The translations under genes and the position numbers were made by a program. From Lingula anatina (taxonomy: Eukaryota; Animalia; Brachiopoda), in contig CM120648.1 of the NCBI GenBank assembly GCA_051362555.1, positions 2,023,721 to 2,087,720 on the forward strand: DNA of 64,000 bases, given 5' to 3'. This document shows positions 49,618-61,400 of the stretch, in pieces. The notes under the pieces were generated by a model. It did not search any database, was not told where the DNA came from, and saw only the letters and a program-made list of their open reading frames with translations. How positions within the stretch are numbered: position 1 is the stretch's first letter; each line of letters starts with the position of its first letter.

Positions 49618-52600
49618 TTACGCCAATGCTTTCCGAAGTCTTTCAGTAAGTGATTTGTCGTTTTTGTGAAGCTGGATATAGCTTCTCAGCTCTTCTGGTA
49701 ACTGAAAGATTGGATCATCGTTCCAGATGAGGGGGATAATTCTGGAGTATTCCTCGTGGCGCCCACTGTGACCGTGACTGTGAACCTTCTTGTCGTCTGC
49801 CACTGCTTGGAGGGCCTGTCATGAACATGAACGCTCATGTTTAGAATAATGTTCTGTGTTTTTTATACAAAAAGAACATTTAAAATAAGCCCTATTGTTT
49901 ATATTTCTGGATCAATTACTTTATAGACTATCGAATTTGATATTTATGTAATATCAAAAGTAAATAAATTTAAGTCCGTCTTATTAGAATAACTGTGTTA
50001 GTGCAACTAGTACGTACTGCACCATATGGGTATAGGCCAATTACTGCATTGGATATTCATGTAATATCGCTAGTAAATACAATAAGTCCATCTTATTAGA
50101 ATAACTGTGTTAGAGCAACCAGTGTGTACCATATGGGTATAGGCCAATTACTGTATTGTATATTTTTCCATGACATTAATTTTAATACAGCATGATGCCA
50201 GTTTTGGCTGAAGTATCAAATATTTTGCTTTGATAATGCGACTTCCTCACAGTTTATACATAATGAAATAATTTCGTTCATTAAGTTTAAAAACCAATTG
50301 AAAAATAAAACGCAATCAACGTTTTGTACGTTGTTTTTGATTGCTTTTCCTAATGTGCCTTGAAACGCTTGCTTCCGGTCATGCGCACATTATGAAAGGG
50401 TTAATTAGATAACATAATACACACTTACTTCATTTATGTGCATTTTGTTTTCCTCTTCCATCAGTCCACTACAGAAATCTGCAGTTAACACAAACAAAAA
50501 TTTTCTGCAATTCTTCAGCTTGTCAGCAAACTCGGTGTAAACTCGCTTTCCAACCAGGAAGTCACGAAAATCTACCACAACCTTTTGAAAAAATGAAATC
50601 GGAACATTTTTATCCAAACTTATCAGAAAAAAAAGTAGATTTATTACATTTGCCTTTTGAAAGTTAGAAAAGAAAAGAGACGTGCACAGGGTCAAATTTT
50701 GCCACTACCTTTACGTCTTTTAGTAATAAATGAGCTTTTTCCAAAAATAAATAAATAACTGAATGATACCTTTAAAATTTGACAAATTGATATTTTATTA
50801 TTCAATAGAAAGACCTACTTACTAATAACCCTAATTCATTCTCTAAAATGGGAAGAATTTCGTCGTCGACAACTTTCTTAGCATCGTCTGTCCCAGAATA
50901 GATGATCAGAACGTCGTTTTCCATCGGAGGCTTTTTGTAGCATCCACCGCAGCACGCTGTGTTGTGGAGAGAAAAAAATTCCATACAAGATTTGACAATG
51001 TATATCGTAACCTAACCATTTAAATTCATAATAATGACCTTTTTATTCAAATATACCAGGGCTGTTGTAGTGACAACTGTTTCCCAAAAATTAATTCTTA
51101 GCATCATTATAGTTATTACACCTACTTAGGATGTCTTTTGTTTTTATTTGCTTCTTTTCTTATTTCCTTTATTTTGGTTTTTTATCCAAACTGGCGATTT
51201 TGAGACAACGGCGTTACCTAGAAAACACGCCGCTTTGCACCACGTGACTGTAAAGTTGCCATTACGTTATGTTATGAATGACCGTGGTAGCCACGTGGTA
51301 CAAATGTGAAGTTTTTGTCGATTATCGAAACAAAGACGTAAATTACCATTCAAAGACTGCGAAACTGGCTCGTCATTGAGACCCAACCTCACATCTTTCA
51401 ACTGCCGCAGCTTGACCAGGGCTTCCTCTTGTACGGACAGGCGGTTTGAATGCAGACAAATTGTTCGAAGCTGTCCCATCTTCTGGAATTTCTTGGCAGG
51501 GACTTTGCTGATCATGTTCTCAGAAACGCAAATGGTCTCCAATCTTGGGAGATCGCCAAGCTCTTCTGGTAGCGCTTGCAGGCGGCACATTTTGAGGCGA
51601 AGGTACTCCAATTTCTGAAACATTTGTGTATACCCCGATATATACATGTACATGTTTATACGGGTGCATGTATGCATGAATTAAAAGTATATCGTGGGGA
51701 GAAAGTCGGTGCTCTTTATGTGTGACTGGTAAATAAATTATATAGAATGTATATTTAACAAAAGGTAAAATACATGTGCGTAACTGAAACAAAAGTTTTT
51801 GATAAAAAAACAAACAAACAAACATCCATTCCCTCTGATTTACTTCCACATTCAGTCAAGTGGTTCGTGTAAAAATAAACTCTTACCTTCAACTTTTGAA
51901 CTGCTTTTGGTATGTCGGAAATGGGATTATGCGAGGCATCAAGAAAAATCAAGTGCTCCAGATCAAATATGCCAATGTGGAGTTCACTAATATCGTTTGC
52001 GTTGAGTACCAGGCTCTCCAGTTTTGTCAACTTCTTAATATTACCTGACGATATAAAAATTAAATGCACAGCTGAAATCGTTTAAATTAAGAGTTCATTA
52101 TGTGGCATGTGTATTTTTTTAATGAGATAATTTCCCTAATGATCTAAAATGAGAGTAGGCCTACTAGAGAAATATCGTCTAACAAAAATTTATCTTCTTA
52201 TATAGAAAACTCGTAAATTTTACAATTGTTATAGTAACCTGTAATTCCTTGAGTCACGAGCTGATTATTCGACATGTCCAGGCTTCGAAGTTCGGTCAAC
52301 TGGTAAACGACTGCAGGTATTGACCGGAAACAGTTGTTCCCTAGACGCAACAGTTCGAGGTTGCGCAGTTTGGCCAGGTCACGTGGCAAATTTTGAAGTT
52401 TGTTGCCCGTCAAATACAAAACTCTGAGTCTCGTGTACAGACCGATAGATGGTGATAAAATCGGAAGGTCAGAGTTCGGAATAGAAAGGCGGAAAACCTC
52501 TTCAGGCCTGTGGCCTGTCAAGTGGGTACCGTTGCTATCTTGGGCGATGATTACGAACGTTTTATTATCCCTGGAAGGCAACTGCGCATAGAGCAAGTGG

Positions 52601-53550
52601 TCTGGTTCGTCACATGTGTCGATGGTGGCGATTTTGCACGTCTCTGGAAGTGCTAATACGTTGTTCGAATTGCTTCTTGACACTGGTTTCGTTCTCTGTT
52701 TCTCCTGAAATACCATTGCGTGTTGTATGAAATATAATAAAGGAATTCTGATTTAATACACACTGTCTACACCTTGAGTCCTTTGGTCCTTTAGGAATTT
52801 TTTGTAATGGAAACTACAATTGCGAAATTAAAATATTCGTAAATTATTCGTTTATTACGCCATTATTACAAAAGAACTGGTTGGTCGCATAACTGAAATT
52901 CTTTTCCCTTTAGAACACGTGACTAACTGGTCCGAGGGTCAAATATGGCGACCCACTACAAAGTTTGCCGTCAAACCCGCTAATAGACACTGAATAGATA
53001 TCCCGTGGGGAAGTATTCAAGTGTATCAGCTATTTGACCCTCGGACTAATTAGTCCCCTATTCTGAATGGGGCCTTAGATTGACTTGAGCTGAAACGTAG
53101 GCCTACCTGAAACCGTTTTCTGCGTCGCCGTTTTCGTCGCCGTCGCTTTCCACGGGCTTGCTTGCCGACAACAGAGGAAACTCCGCTTTCTATGGTATTT
53201 GATGGGGTAGAGGGGTCAGCAGGGTCATTGTCATGGAAACCAGACTGAGTAAATATTTCGGACGTTTCCGTAGCTTTGTCTTCCGTCGAGTGGGTCACCG
53301 GGGTAGAGAGATCAGCGGGGTCATTGTCATGGCAACCAGACTGAGCAAATATTTCGGACGTTTCCGTAGCGTTATCTTGTGTCGAGTGAGTCAAGGGGTC
53401 CCGCTTGCTATCTAGCTTGTATTCAATGACAAACCTTGCCACGTCTTTTTTTTCTTCGTATCGCCAAGAGTTCACCTGGGCGGACTCAAAATCACGAAAA
53501 AGCGCCGCGAGTCGTTCCGGATGATGCCTGGACCCCTCCGAACGCTCCAT
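49618..53550 (-). CDS. Predicted intracellular LRR-TIR protein, copy B (intact, ~606 aa)
   Basis: Exons 53107-53550, 52239-52704, 51887-52044, 51347-51614, 50823-50956, 50429-50581, 49618-49815 sum to 1821 nt in frame with GT-AG. LRRs include LRVLYLTGNKLQNLP, LELLRLGNNCFRSIP, LRSLDMSNNQL, LESLVLNANDI. TIR: NDVLIIYSGTDD.KKVVDDEILPILE.ELGL.VVVDFRDFLVGK...CRKFLFVLTADF...IIPLIW...LPEELR...ERLRKAL. The start could be the ATG at 53571 instead. Confidence 0.85.
52906..53074. mobile_element. MITE with ~35-bp imperfect TIRs (Harbinger-like)
   Basis: GACTAACTGGTCCGAGGGTCAAATA ... TATTTGACCCTCGGACTAATTAGTC. Ends in GGGGCC followed by TTA. Absent from copy A. Confidence 0.7.
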
Positions 53551-54381
53551 ATTACACGGCGCCCCGTTCATTTTAAAGTTTCCACTCAATCTATGAAAGT
53601 AGATAGGGCCTATTAGTTTTCGAATCCCCTATCACTACTGACCGTACACAATTATTGTGGTTACTTGTACAAGTCGAATAACTTGTTGATGACAGATGTA
53701 TAGAGAAATTACAGAAGTGGGGCTAAGTTGAGAGTAGGCCTACAGCGGGTAGGCCCCAACCCCCTGCAACTTCGAAGCTCTCCCCCTCAAAAAAAATTAT
53801 ATATAATGGAAAAGGAAAGAAAACCGCAGAACTGACAACATAGAGCGAAAAGTGACAAAACCAGGCAATTATACAAAATTACTTTCCTGTCTCTATTTTA
53901 TGCATTTTAATTGAAATTTAGCGTTAAAGTTCTTACATTTCCTGTGAGGTGAATTGCGCATGGAGGGGGGGGGGGGGGGGTATTAATACACTCGACGAAT
54001 TGTTATTTTGTCTGGTGCCAACCAGTGTCGCCTCCCACCTCTCACAACTACAACAAGCGCCTATACAAACAGTTGTGCTGTATTTGATATTTTCATAAAC
54101 ACTATAGACGTAAAAAAGAAGAAAATAAAGGTTTACAATTTTGTGAATCATATGCAAGGGGAATTTTACGTCCAAATCACAATGCCTTCAGCCATGTTTA
54201 CAAATCTCTGCCGTTTATCTTATCTTACTATTCTAGTATAGTTTCGTCCGTGACGGTGTTTACTTATTTCTTGACTAGAATGGGTATTTGATAAAATAAA
54301 TATGTTTTCAAGTCTCTTGTGAAATGATGGTAAAACGTAAATCCAATGTAGGTTCTAAATATAGATACGAACTTTTCTCAC

Positions 54382-54440
54382 CTGTGAGTCAGTCATATAA
54401 AGTCCCTGGATGACGTATTAAAACGTCACGCTGCATAAAT
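54382..54440 (-). promoter_or_regulatory. Putative first non-coding exon / promoter region of LRR-TIR copy B
   Basis: Minus-strand donor CAG|GTGAGA at 54382/54381 is conserved in copy A (~45877). A conserved acceptor precedes the first coding exon (53590). The TSS is unknown. Confidence 0.35.
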
Positions 54441-55624
54441 GAAAACACCTAGCTGTTGTCTTCTGTCTACGCATTAAGCATCAAAAATGTTTTATTTTTT
54501 TTCATATAGGCCTATGTCGTCTTATATAACATCGCTGCTTATGATGTCAACAGTAACAACAGCACGTTAACGTCAACATCTTGTCAACAAAGGAATTAGC
54601 TGAGAATGACCTATTTACCGTTTCCCCAATAAACATTCTTTGAATGCATAACAATATATGTACAAGTGTACTATAAAAACATTGCACGTCGAGGATAATA
54701 CATCACCATGTTTCAACATATTGAATTAGATATGTGTATAATAACTACGTTAATTCAGGCAAATATTTATTTTAAAGCAATGCACTGGTCGATATCAACA
54801 GAATACTTATGTACTGAAATCATTTCTTTTCCCAATGCTTCTTGTCGAGATTCTATGGTCCGTTTAAAGACAAAAATGTATTAATTAGCCTACCTTGATA
54901 ATTTTAATTACCAACTCGCTCTCAGGGTGCGTCGGTGTTCCAGGCTCTCTTATGTGGTCCAACGGAAGCTAGTTTACCCCAGTTTTACTGGCCTCATTAG
55001 TGCCTCATTAGTGCGAATTTTATAGACATTTGGAAAATTGAGCTTTTTATAACCTTAGATGAGAAAAGGGAATTTTGGATGACTCGAAAATGTTTTCTTT
55101 TACCGTGAATTTGAATGAGAACACGTAGAACTGATATTACGTGTACCTTATTATTGAGTCACTCTACTAGATAAACTAAGAAGGCGTACTTTTTGTGACG
55201 AGTCAAATGTTATCGGAGCAAGATTTACTAACTGTTTATCTGCAAAATCAGGCTCTGTACATAAAATGATTGATGAAAGAATAGAAAACGAATTATGATT
55301 GATGAAAACAGTTGATGTTCAAACAGAAATAGCTGATGTACTTAGTAGATAAGCCCTGTTGCAGAAGTGTAGCGTAGGCTGCCCTGAAACGAGGTGACCA
55401 AGTTAAGTTAATCTTCCCAAACATCTTTGGGGCTCACTTCCCCCTTCCTCTTTTTTTCTCTCACTCTCCATCAATGCTAAAATTCTGCTTTAGCTAGCTT
55501 TAACACAGTCCCGATATTCAAATTGTACGGTGAAAAGGACAGTGCCATTTTTATGAAAATAAATAAAAGGCTTTGATCGTGCATCGGAGAAAAGGAGAAA
55601 TTATTTAAGTGTTTTTCACCGATT

Positions 55625-56845
55625 TAAGACACCATAGTCTGAAGCATGCGTGTGTCACGTGAAGTGCTAGGGTATATTGATGACAACAAAATTACCTGTC
55701 ACTGTTTACACAATAGTCACGCGCGTAGTTCAATATTTTCAGGTAATTATATTGATTCATAGATAATATATATTAAGTAAAAACACCGTAGTTTGGAGCA
55801 TACATATATCTCGTGAAGTGCTAGGGTATATCACCCTGAGCTTCAGAGCTAACTTGACACTAACCTTTTCACTGTAGCCTATCTCCATCGTGTCAAGTAA
55901 CCTCTGACGAAAATAGTTTGACCTAATTTATATAAGCCAATCGAATCCTTGTTTCAAAAATTTTCACCAAAGTTTGGTGAAAACGCTGATTGGTTGATCG
56001 TCAATCGGCAATCCTCGGCTGATTCCGCAAGCTCCATACTAACAACATAGTTATTGTCGAGTGCGGAGACATCCGAGTAGTTCCGAGTGGTTCCGAGTGC
56101 ATAACCGTACACAAAGAAAGCATGGAGTATATCGGAATTGAAACCAGAGCAGTATGATGCCCTGCATCATTATCTACTGAGGGATGATGTATTTTGCGTG
56201 CTGCCCACAGGTTACGGCAAGTCCCTGATATTCAGCCTTATCTTTGATTGGTCCGGATTTGAACAAAGCGCGCTTTGACTCGTTCGCGTTCATTGGCTAG
56301 ATCGTTCAATGAGTCATTGAGTGCGGGCTTTAAATTTGATTGGCGGGCGGCGGGGGCACTCGAATCTGGTCAGAGGTTACTTGACACGATGGAGATAGGC
56401 TACAGTGAAAAGGTTAGTGTCAAGTTAGCTCTGAAGCTCAGGGTGGGGTATATTGATGACAACAAAACCGTCGCTGATGTTTCATACGAGTCACGTGCGC
56501 AGTTCAATATTTACAGGTAATTATATTGATTCATAGATATTTATATTAAGTAAAAACACCATAGTTTGAAGCATGCGTTTGTCTCGTTAAGTGAAGTGCT
56601 AGGGTATATTGATGACAACAAAATAACCTGTCACTGATGATTGCACAGTCACGTGCACAGTTCAATATTTACAGGTAATTATATTGATTCATAGATATTT
56701 ATATTAAGACGCCATAGTTTGAAGTATGCATGTGTCTCGTGAAGTGAACTGATGACAACAAAATTACCTGTCGCTGTTTGAACACAAGTCACGCGCGCAG
56801 TTCAATAGTTTCAGGTAATTATATTGATTCATAGATATTCATAAA
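55625..56845. repeat. ~150-bp tandem repeat, ~4 copies in unit B, second copy interrupted by a transposon
   Basis: GTGAAGTGCTAGGGTATAT(TGATGACAACAAAA) at ~55659, 55813, 56591 and 56739 (variant). Confidence 0.85.
55832..56445 (+). mobile_element. Non-autonomous AcademH-like DNA transposon (614 bp) with RecQ helicase remnant
   Basis: ~77-bp TIRs CACCCTGAGCTTCAGAGCTAACTTGACACTAACC...; 8-bp TSD GGGTATAT (55824-55831, 56446-56453). Internal 56111-56240 reads SELKPEQYDALHHYLLRDDVFCVLPTGYGKSLIF (RecQ motif 0 + Walker A). Confidence 0.8.
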
Positions 56846-56985
56846 CCTAATTGCAATGATCTATAGATATTCTTAAAACTTTTTTAGATAATTAATGGCA
56901 GGTAATAGTTCAAGGGGAGAGACGGATGGCTGAGTATTCTCTTCACTAAGAGGTGCTCAAGGGTCCATCAAACGAAGGTAATCTA

Positions 56986-57112
56986 AGGGTGCTTTCCCAG
57001 AGATTTAGATCGATCTTAAGATTAAGATTTAGATCGACCTAACTCCCTGGGGATTCACGCTAAATTGCAGTCATCCGAGCGGGCACCATAGTTAATTACC
57101 CCCTTACAGCTT
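56986..57112 (-). mobile_element. Truncated, diverged third copy of the 215-bp MITE family
   Basis: TTTAGATCGACCTAACTCCCTGGGG.TTCACGCTAAA...GTTAATTACCCCCTTACAGCTT is the reverse complement of the 3' half of 17871-18085. Confidence 0.75.
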
Positions 57113-58430
57113 ATATTATACCATTATTGTTATTGCCAGAGGCAATTTGCTTGAAATAAAGCAATTACAGGAACTATCATGTTGTAAATGCCGTTCCTTG
57201 GATTACATGTAGTCGCTTAATCTTTTATCTTAGATGGAAAGGACTATACGCACCTTTTTTAAAATTCCATAGTCCATCCTCTTTTTTTCTATCGACAGAA
57301 AATCAGTTTTATCAAAGGCTAAGTCCAGCTGAAGTAAACAAAGGCATTGATTAACAATGCCAGAATCTGCAGCAGATGGGGTTTACATTTACGCCATAAG
57401 GGTGAAACAATGGGCTGGGCATTTTGTTTTATAAAATAGTTCAAAAAGTGACACACAACACATGGTGGATTCATTCTCTTGTACATTACACTTAAATTCT
57501 ACAGAACTTAAGAGAAAACAACAACCAATTATATGGTGTTTTTACTTAATATAAATATCCGTGAATATTTTCTGTCAGCTTTTATTCCTTGATCTTTTGT
57601 GTGTTTGTAAAACATCAAAGTAATTAAGTGTGGTTTATTCTTTGTAAAAACCTCTTTTGTAAGTATTTAATAAAGTGAATCAATATTTTTGTAGTGATCA
57701 AATGTTTTGCACCCTCAATGGCATTTTTGTTTTTTTTGCTTATATTGTTTTATTTTAATAACCGGTAACTGCACATACTTGCCTTTGGTGAAAAATGTCT
57801 GTATTATAACTAGTTATGTCTCTTACATCTCTAACAATACAGTAATCATTGCTATCACTAGTATTACTAACCCACTATGACTTACACTAAAAAAATATAT
57901 AAAATAATAATGAATACAATAATAAATAAAACTTTAAAACGTCACTATCATAAGTAATCACTACTATCAACGGTATTACTGAACAAAAAAGGGTTAAATC
58001 AACTAATCGGTATAAAAATTCACATGATCTTGAAAAAATAAATTGTAATATGTTTGTCTTTATATACACTATGTACAATATATTGCACTTGTGAAGATAA
58101 TACATAACCAAGATAACCAACTTATTCACCAGAGCAGAGAAAATCAATACTCCATACAATATTCCGTACAATTCTGTACAATCTCTATATCTTAAAGCTA
58201 TAAAGAGGCAACTCTTTTGAACACTCCAGTATCTGTGTATCTCTTCTCTCTAAAATGTCCTTGTGACCTGAATACATTAAATGCATAGAAACAATATCAA
58301 TGGATGCTAAGTAACGATCAACATCCACCTCAAGATCTTTAAACTGCAAGGCACAAGAACTTCTCCTTCAATAAAGAGGAGCAAATAAATAAATAAAAAA
58401 ATAAATAAACGTTCAGACCCAGCATCCCCC

Positions 58431-61400
58431 TTACTGCATCATGTAAACTGCTTTCACACAGAAAGTCTCTTCATTTTTATCGTCATCGTCGTTAATAAAA
58501 ATCAGAATCTCCGTCATTCCTGGAGTCTGAGCTGGAGCGAACCTGAGGCCGATGGTATGCGGCTCTCCTCCTCCAATCTCCAACCTAGTGTCCTTAAACT
58601 GGAGCAGGTCACTCCGATTGGTCCTAAGATGAAACACCTTCTTGTGCGGGTAAGGATTTGTGTACGAGATTCTCTTGTTGCAGCCTTTACCGCCACCTAC
58701 AGGCAGTTTTAACTCGAAAGCCTTTGATACAACTGGTGATCTGCATGATAAGTTGACCAGCCAAGTCCTGACTAACTGATGGAATTCAATGTCTACCACG
58801 TTTATGTACATGAATTTAGAGCCGACGTTTACAGCACGTACGCCAACATGGAGTTCGTGGACGGCGTTTGCAGCCAGCATGAAGGGGTCTTTGGGTTCCA
58901 GGGACATCTCATATGGATGTGAGGAGAAACATTTCACCAGACGAGACGCCTGCGTACCCCTGGAAGAACACAAATTTGAACATAATATACTAGAGGATCA
59001 GAGGGCTATTACCACCTACTGGGTATGTACCACCAGCTGGATTTGCCACATTAAAGGTATCTTTATACCCTGTACACATATCATCACTTAAAAGAGCTAC
59101 AAAATCATTAAATTTCATTATTTATTAATATCATTTTTCATACCTGGTTTTGTTCTATTACACTGTTTATTTTTTTTAATTATTATTATTATCATTATCT
59201 GAATATGCAGCACTAGTACGGAAGAAAGTGTCTTTTGTCAAATAGGTCAACTTCCATCCGAGAGATTTAAAAAGAACCCAAAAAACATGCACATATAAAC
59301 ACAAAATACATAAATACCTGAGAATGAGAGAAAATCTACTAGTTTGTCCTTCAACACACGTAGCATCCACCCTCTGTAGAGAGTGGACAAAGAACTGCCA
59401 GATCTGGAGAGGTTTAGACAGGAAAGGATCGCTGTAGATGGCCAGGAAAAACTTCTTTACTTGGGGAGACGCACCGCAGGCCACCTGTAATATAGTTGCA
59501 ATGACAATACTTTCAGTTTGTTAACACCTGATAGCATCTGTTCCTTTTAGGGCTGCCTAATCCAATTTTTAATATTGGATCAAATTCAACTTTTTATCTG
59601 AGTTTCAACACAAAGTAAAATTTAAACGTTAATTTAAAACATGAGCTTTAAAAAATGATTTTCTTCAAGTTTCATAAAAAGCAAATAATAACACGAATGT
59701 TAATGTGAAACCCAAGTATTTATCAACATGACTACCTTGATGAAGACATCCTGTGGTTCTCCAGTCTGGACAGGTCTTGTTTCACATATCACATTGTTAT
59801 CACTACAGCGTACAAACAGCTGCTGCAACCCAGCGCCACCTATTGGAGCACCTGTGAAGATATATATCACATTTATGCTTTTTGATGCAATTTTCATTTT
59901 TTCTTCATTTATTACAGCTTTAAACTCTTTACATAATTCAAAATTGTCTCAGCCAGCATTTCTTTCCTAATAATATGTGTTATGTGTTATATATTTCTTA
60001 CTGATGTAAAAAAAGATCATCATCATCATCTCCATAGCTAACTTAAGTTTTCTACACTCACCTGGTAACATTTGGAAGGGAGGCAGTCTGATGGATTTCT
60101 TCAGGAAGGACTGCTCTGGGTGGTGGAACCTGAAGGTCTGGTCTACGACGTGTGGGATGGGGTCCACATTGAGGGCCAGGATGGAGATGGGGCGGTTGTC
60201 CTCAGTCTTGAAGTACACCTGAGGGATGGAAGGACAGAGCTCAGGAGGACATCAAACATAACATATATCAATATCATGACATGAATGCTTTAATATCTGA
60301 TGAAGTTTCATCACCTAGCGTACATGATTGTTTTCTGTGTTTATTTTGACTCAAGACTACAGAGAAAAACTTTATCAGATATGTCGGTGACATTTTGTTT
60401 AGGCTGGTGACATGAGAGAAAGATGCTTTCATCCTAAAGTGCACATGAGACGAAAATCCAGAATAAGAAAAGAGAGAGAGAGAGAGGGAGAGAGAGAGAG
60501 AGGTTTCCCTATGTTCTTCACAGACTTCAAATTTCTTGTTCTTCCTACCTTGACCACCTTGGTGGCCAGAGCATCCTCTTGTCTGCTGGACTGCTGGAAC
60601 TGGGCATGGAATGGATTAATGGGGCCCTGGAACATGGTTGAATACCTTTAACAGTGAAAACAATTCAGATGCCACAATACACTTGTACTTTTAAAATTAA
60701 TTGGTTATTCAGGTATGAAACTTCAGAAAAAAAAATGCACAAGCAAAAATTCCCTCTAAATAACATGGATGTTTTTAAACACACAAGTAACATATAAACG
60801 TGCCTAAAGCCTGTTGCACTGAAAGACCAGGAGTCAACTGCCACAATTACCTGTGGTTGCACAGAGTGGTCTGCCCTATAGGAGAGGTACTTGAAGGGGA
60901 TATTCAGGGTCTCCTTGGGTCTCAGAAACACTTGGGGGTATTGGGAGGAGCTCTGGAGGTTAAACATGGCCTCTTCCAGTGGGGTGTGCACCTCATTCAG
61001 CTGCTTGAAGTACCGCCACTCCCTGGCATCTGTCACCACACTGAGGAAGAAAACAATTATATATTAATGTAGTTCATCATCAAATGTCAACATTCAGTAA
61101 ATAGTTGAAAAATATTACTAGAATAATGCAAGCAGCTGTCATGATACTCAAATAAAGCTGCATGGGGTTCTTAAAGTGAAGGCAAATATCTCAAGGTAGT
61201 ATTATATTATAAAGTCTGTAATGTCTACTGAAACATAATATTTAAAATGGATTATTAACTTTTATTTCAGACAATTATATACTTTCAATATTTTATCATC
61301 ACAGATAACTAGATGTTTTACCAATTTTATAAAAGATAGATCCACACTTTGACCAGGCTACAAATTTCTTTCCATGTACAATCTACTGAGCATTTTCAAC

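Larger units (their letters stand above)
30430..56985. repeat. Tandem segmental duplication: unit A ~30430-48555 (expanded by TEs), unit B ~48930-56985
   Basis: Collinear similarity in 3'UTR (30560-30920 vs 49040-49340), all exons, introns, upstream region (45290-47360 vs 53800-55760) and distal end (48457-48555 vs 56887-56985). Boundaries are approximate. Confidence 0.9.

Noticed and set aside
30430-56985. Duplication as a pure assembly artefact of two haplotypes
   Set aside because: First coding exons and upstream regions are strongly diverged with many indels, more in line with paralogues. Not fully excluded without read depth.
60627-60645. NPHP4 acceptor at 60646/60645
   Set aside because: It gives a 97-nt exon that breaks frame; the acceptor at 60627/60626 gives an in-frame 78-nt exon.
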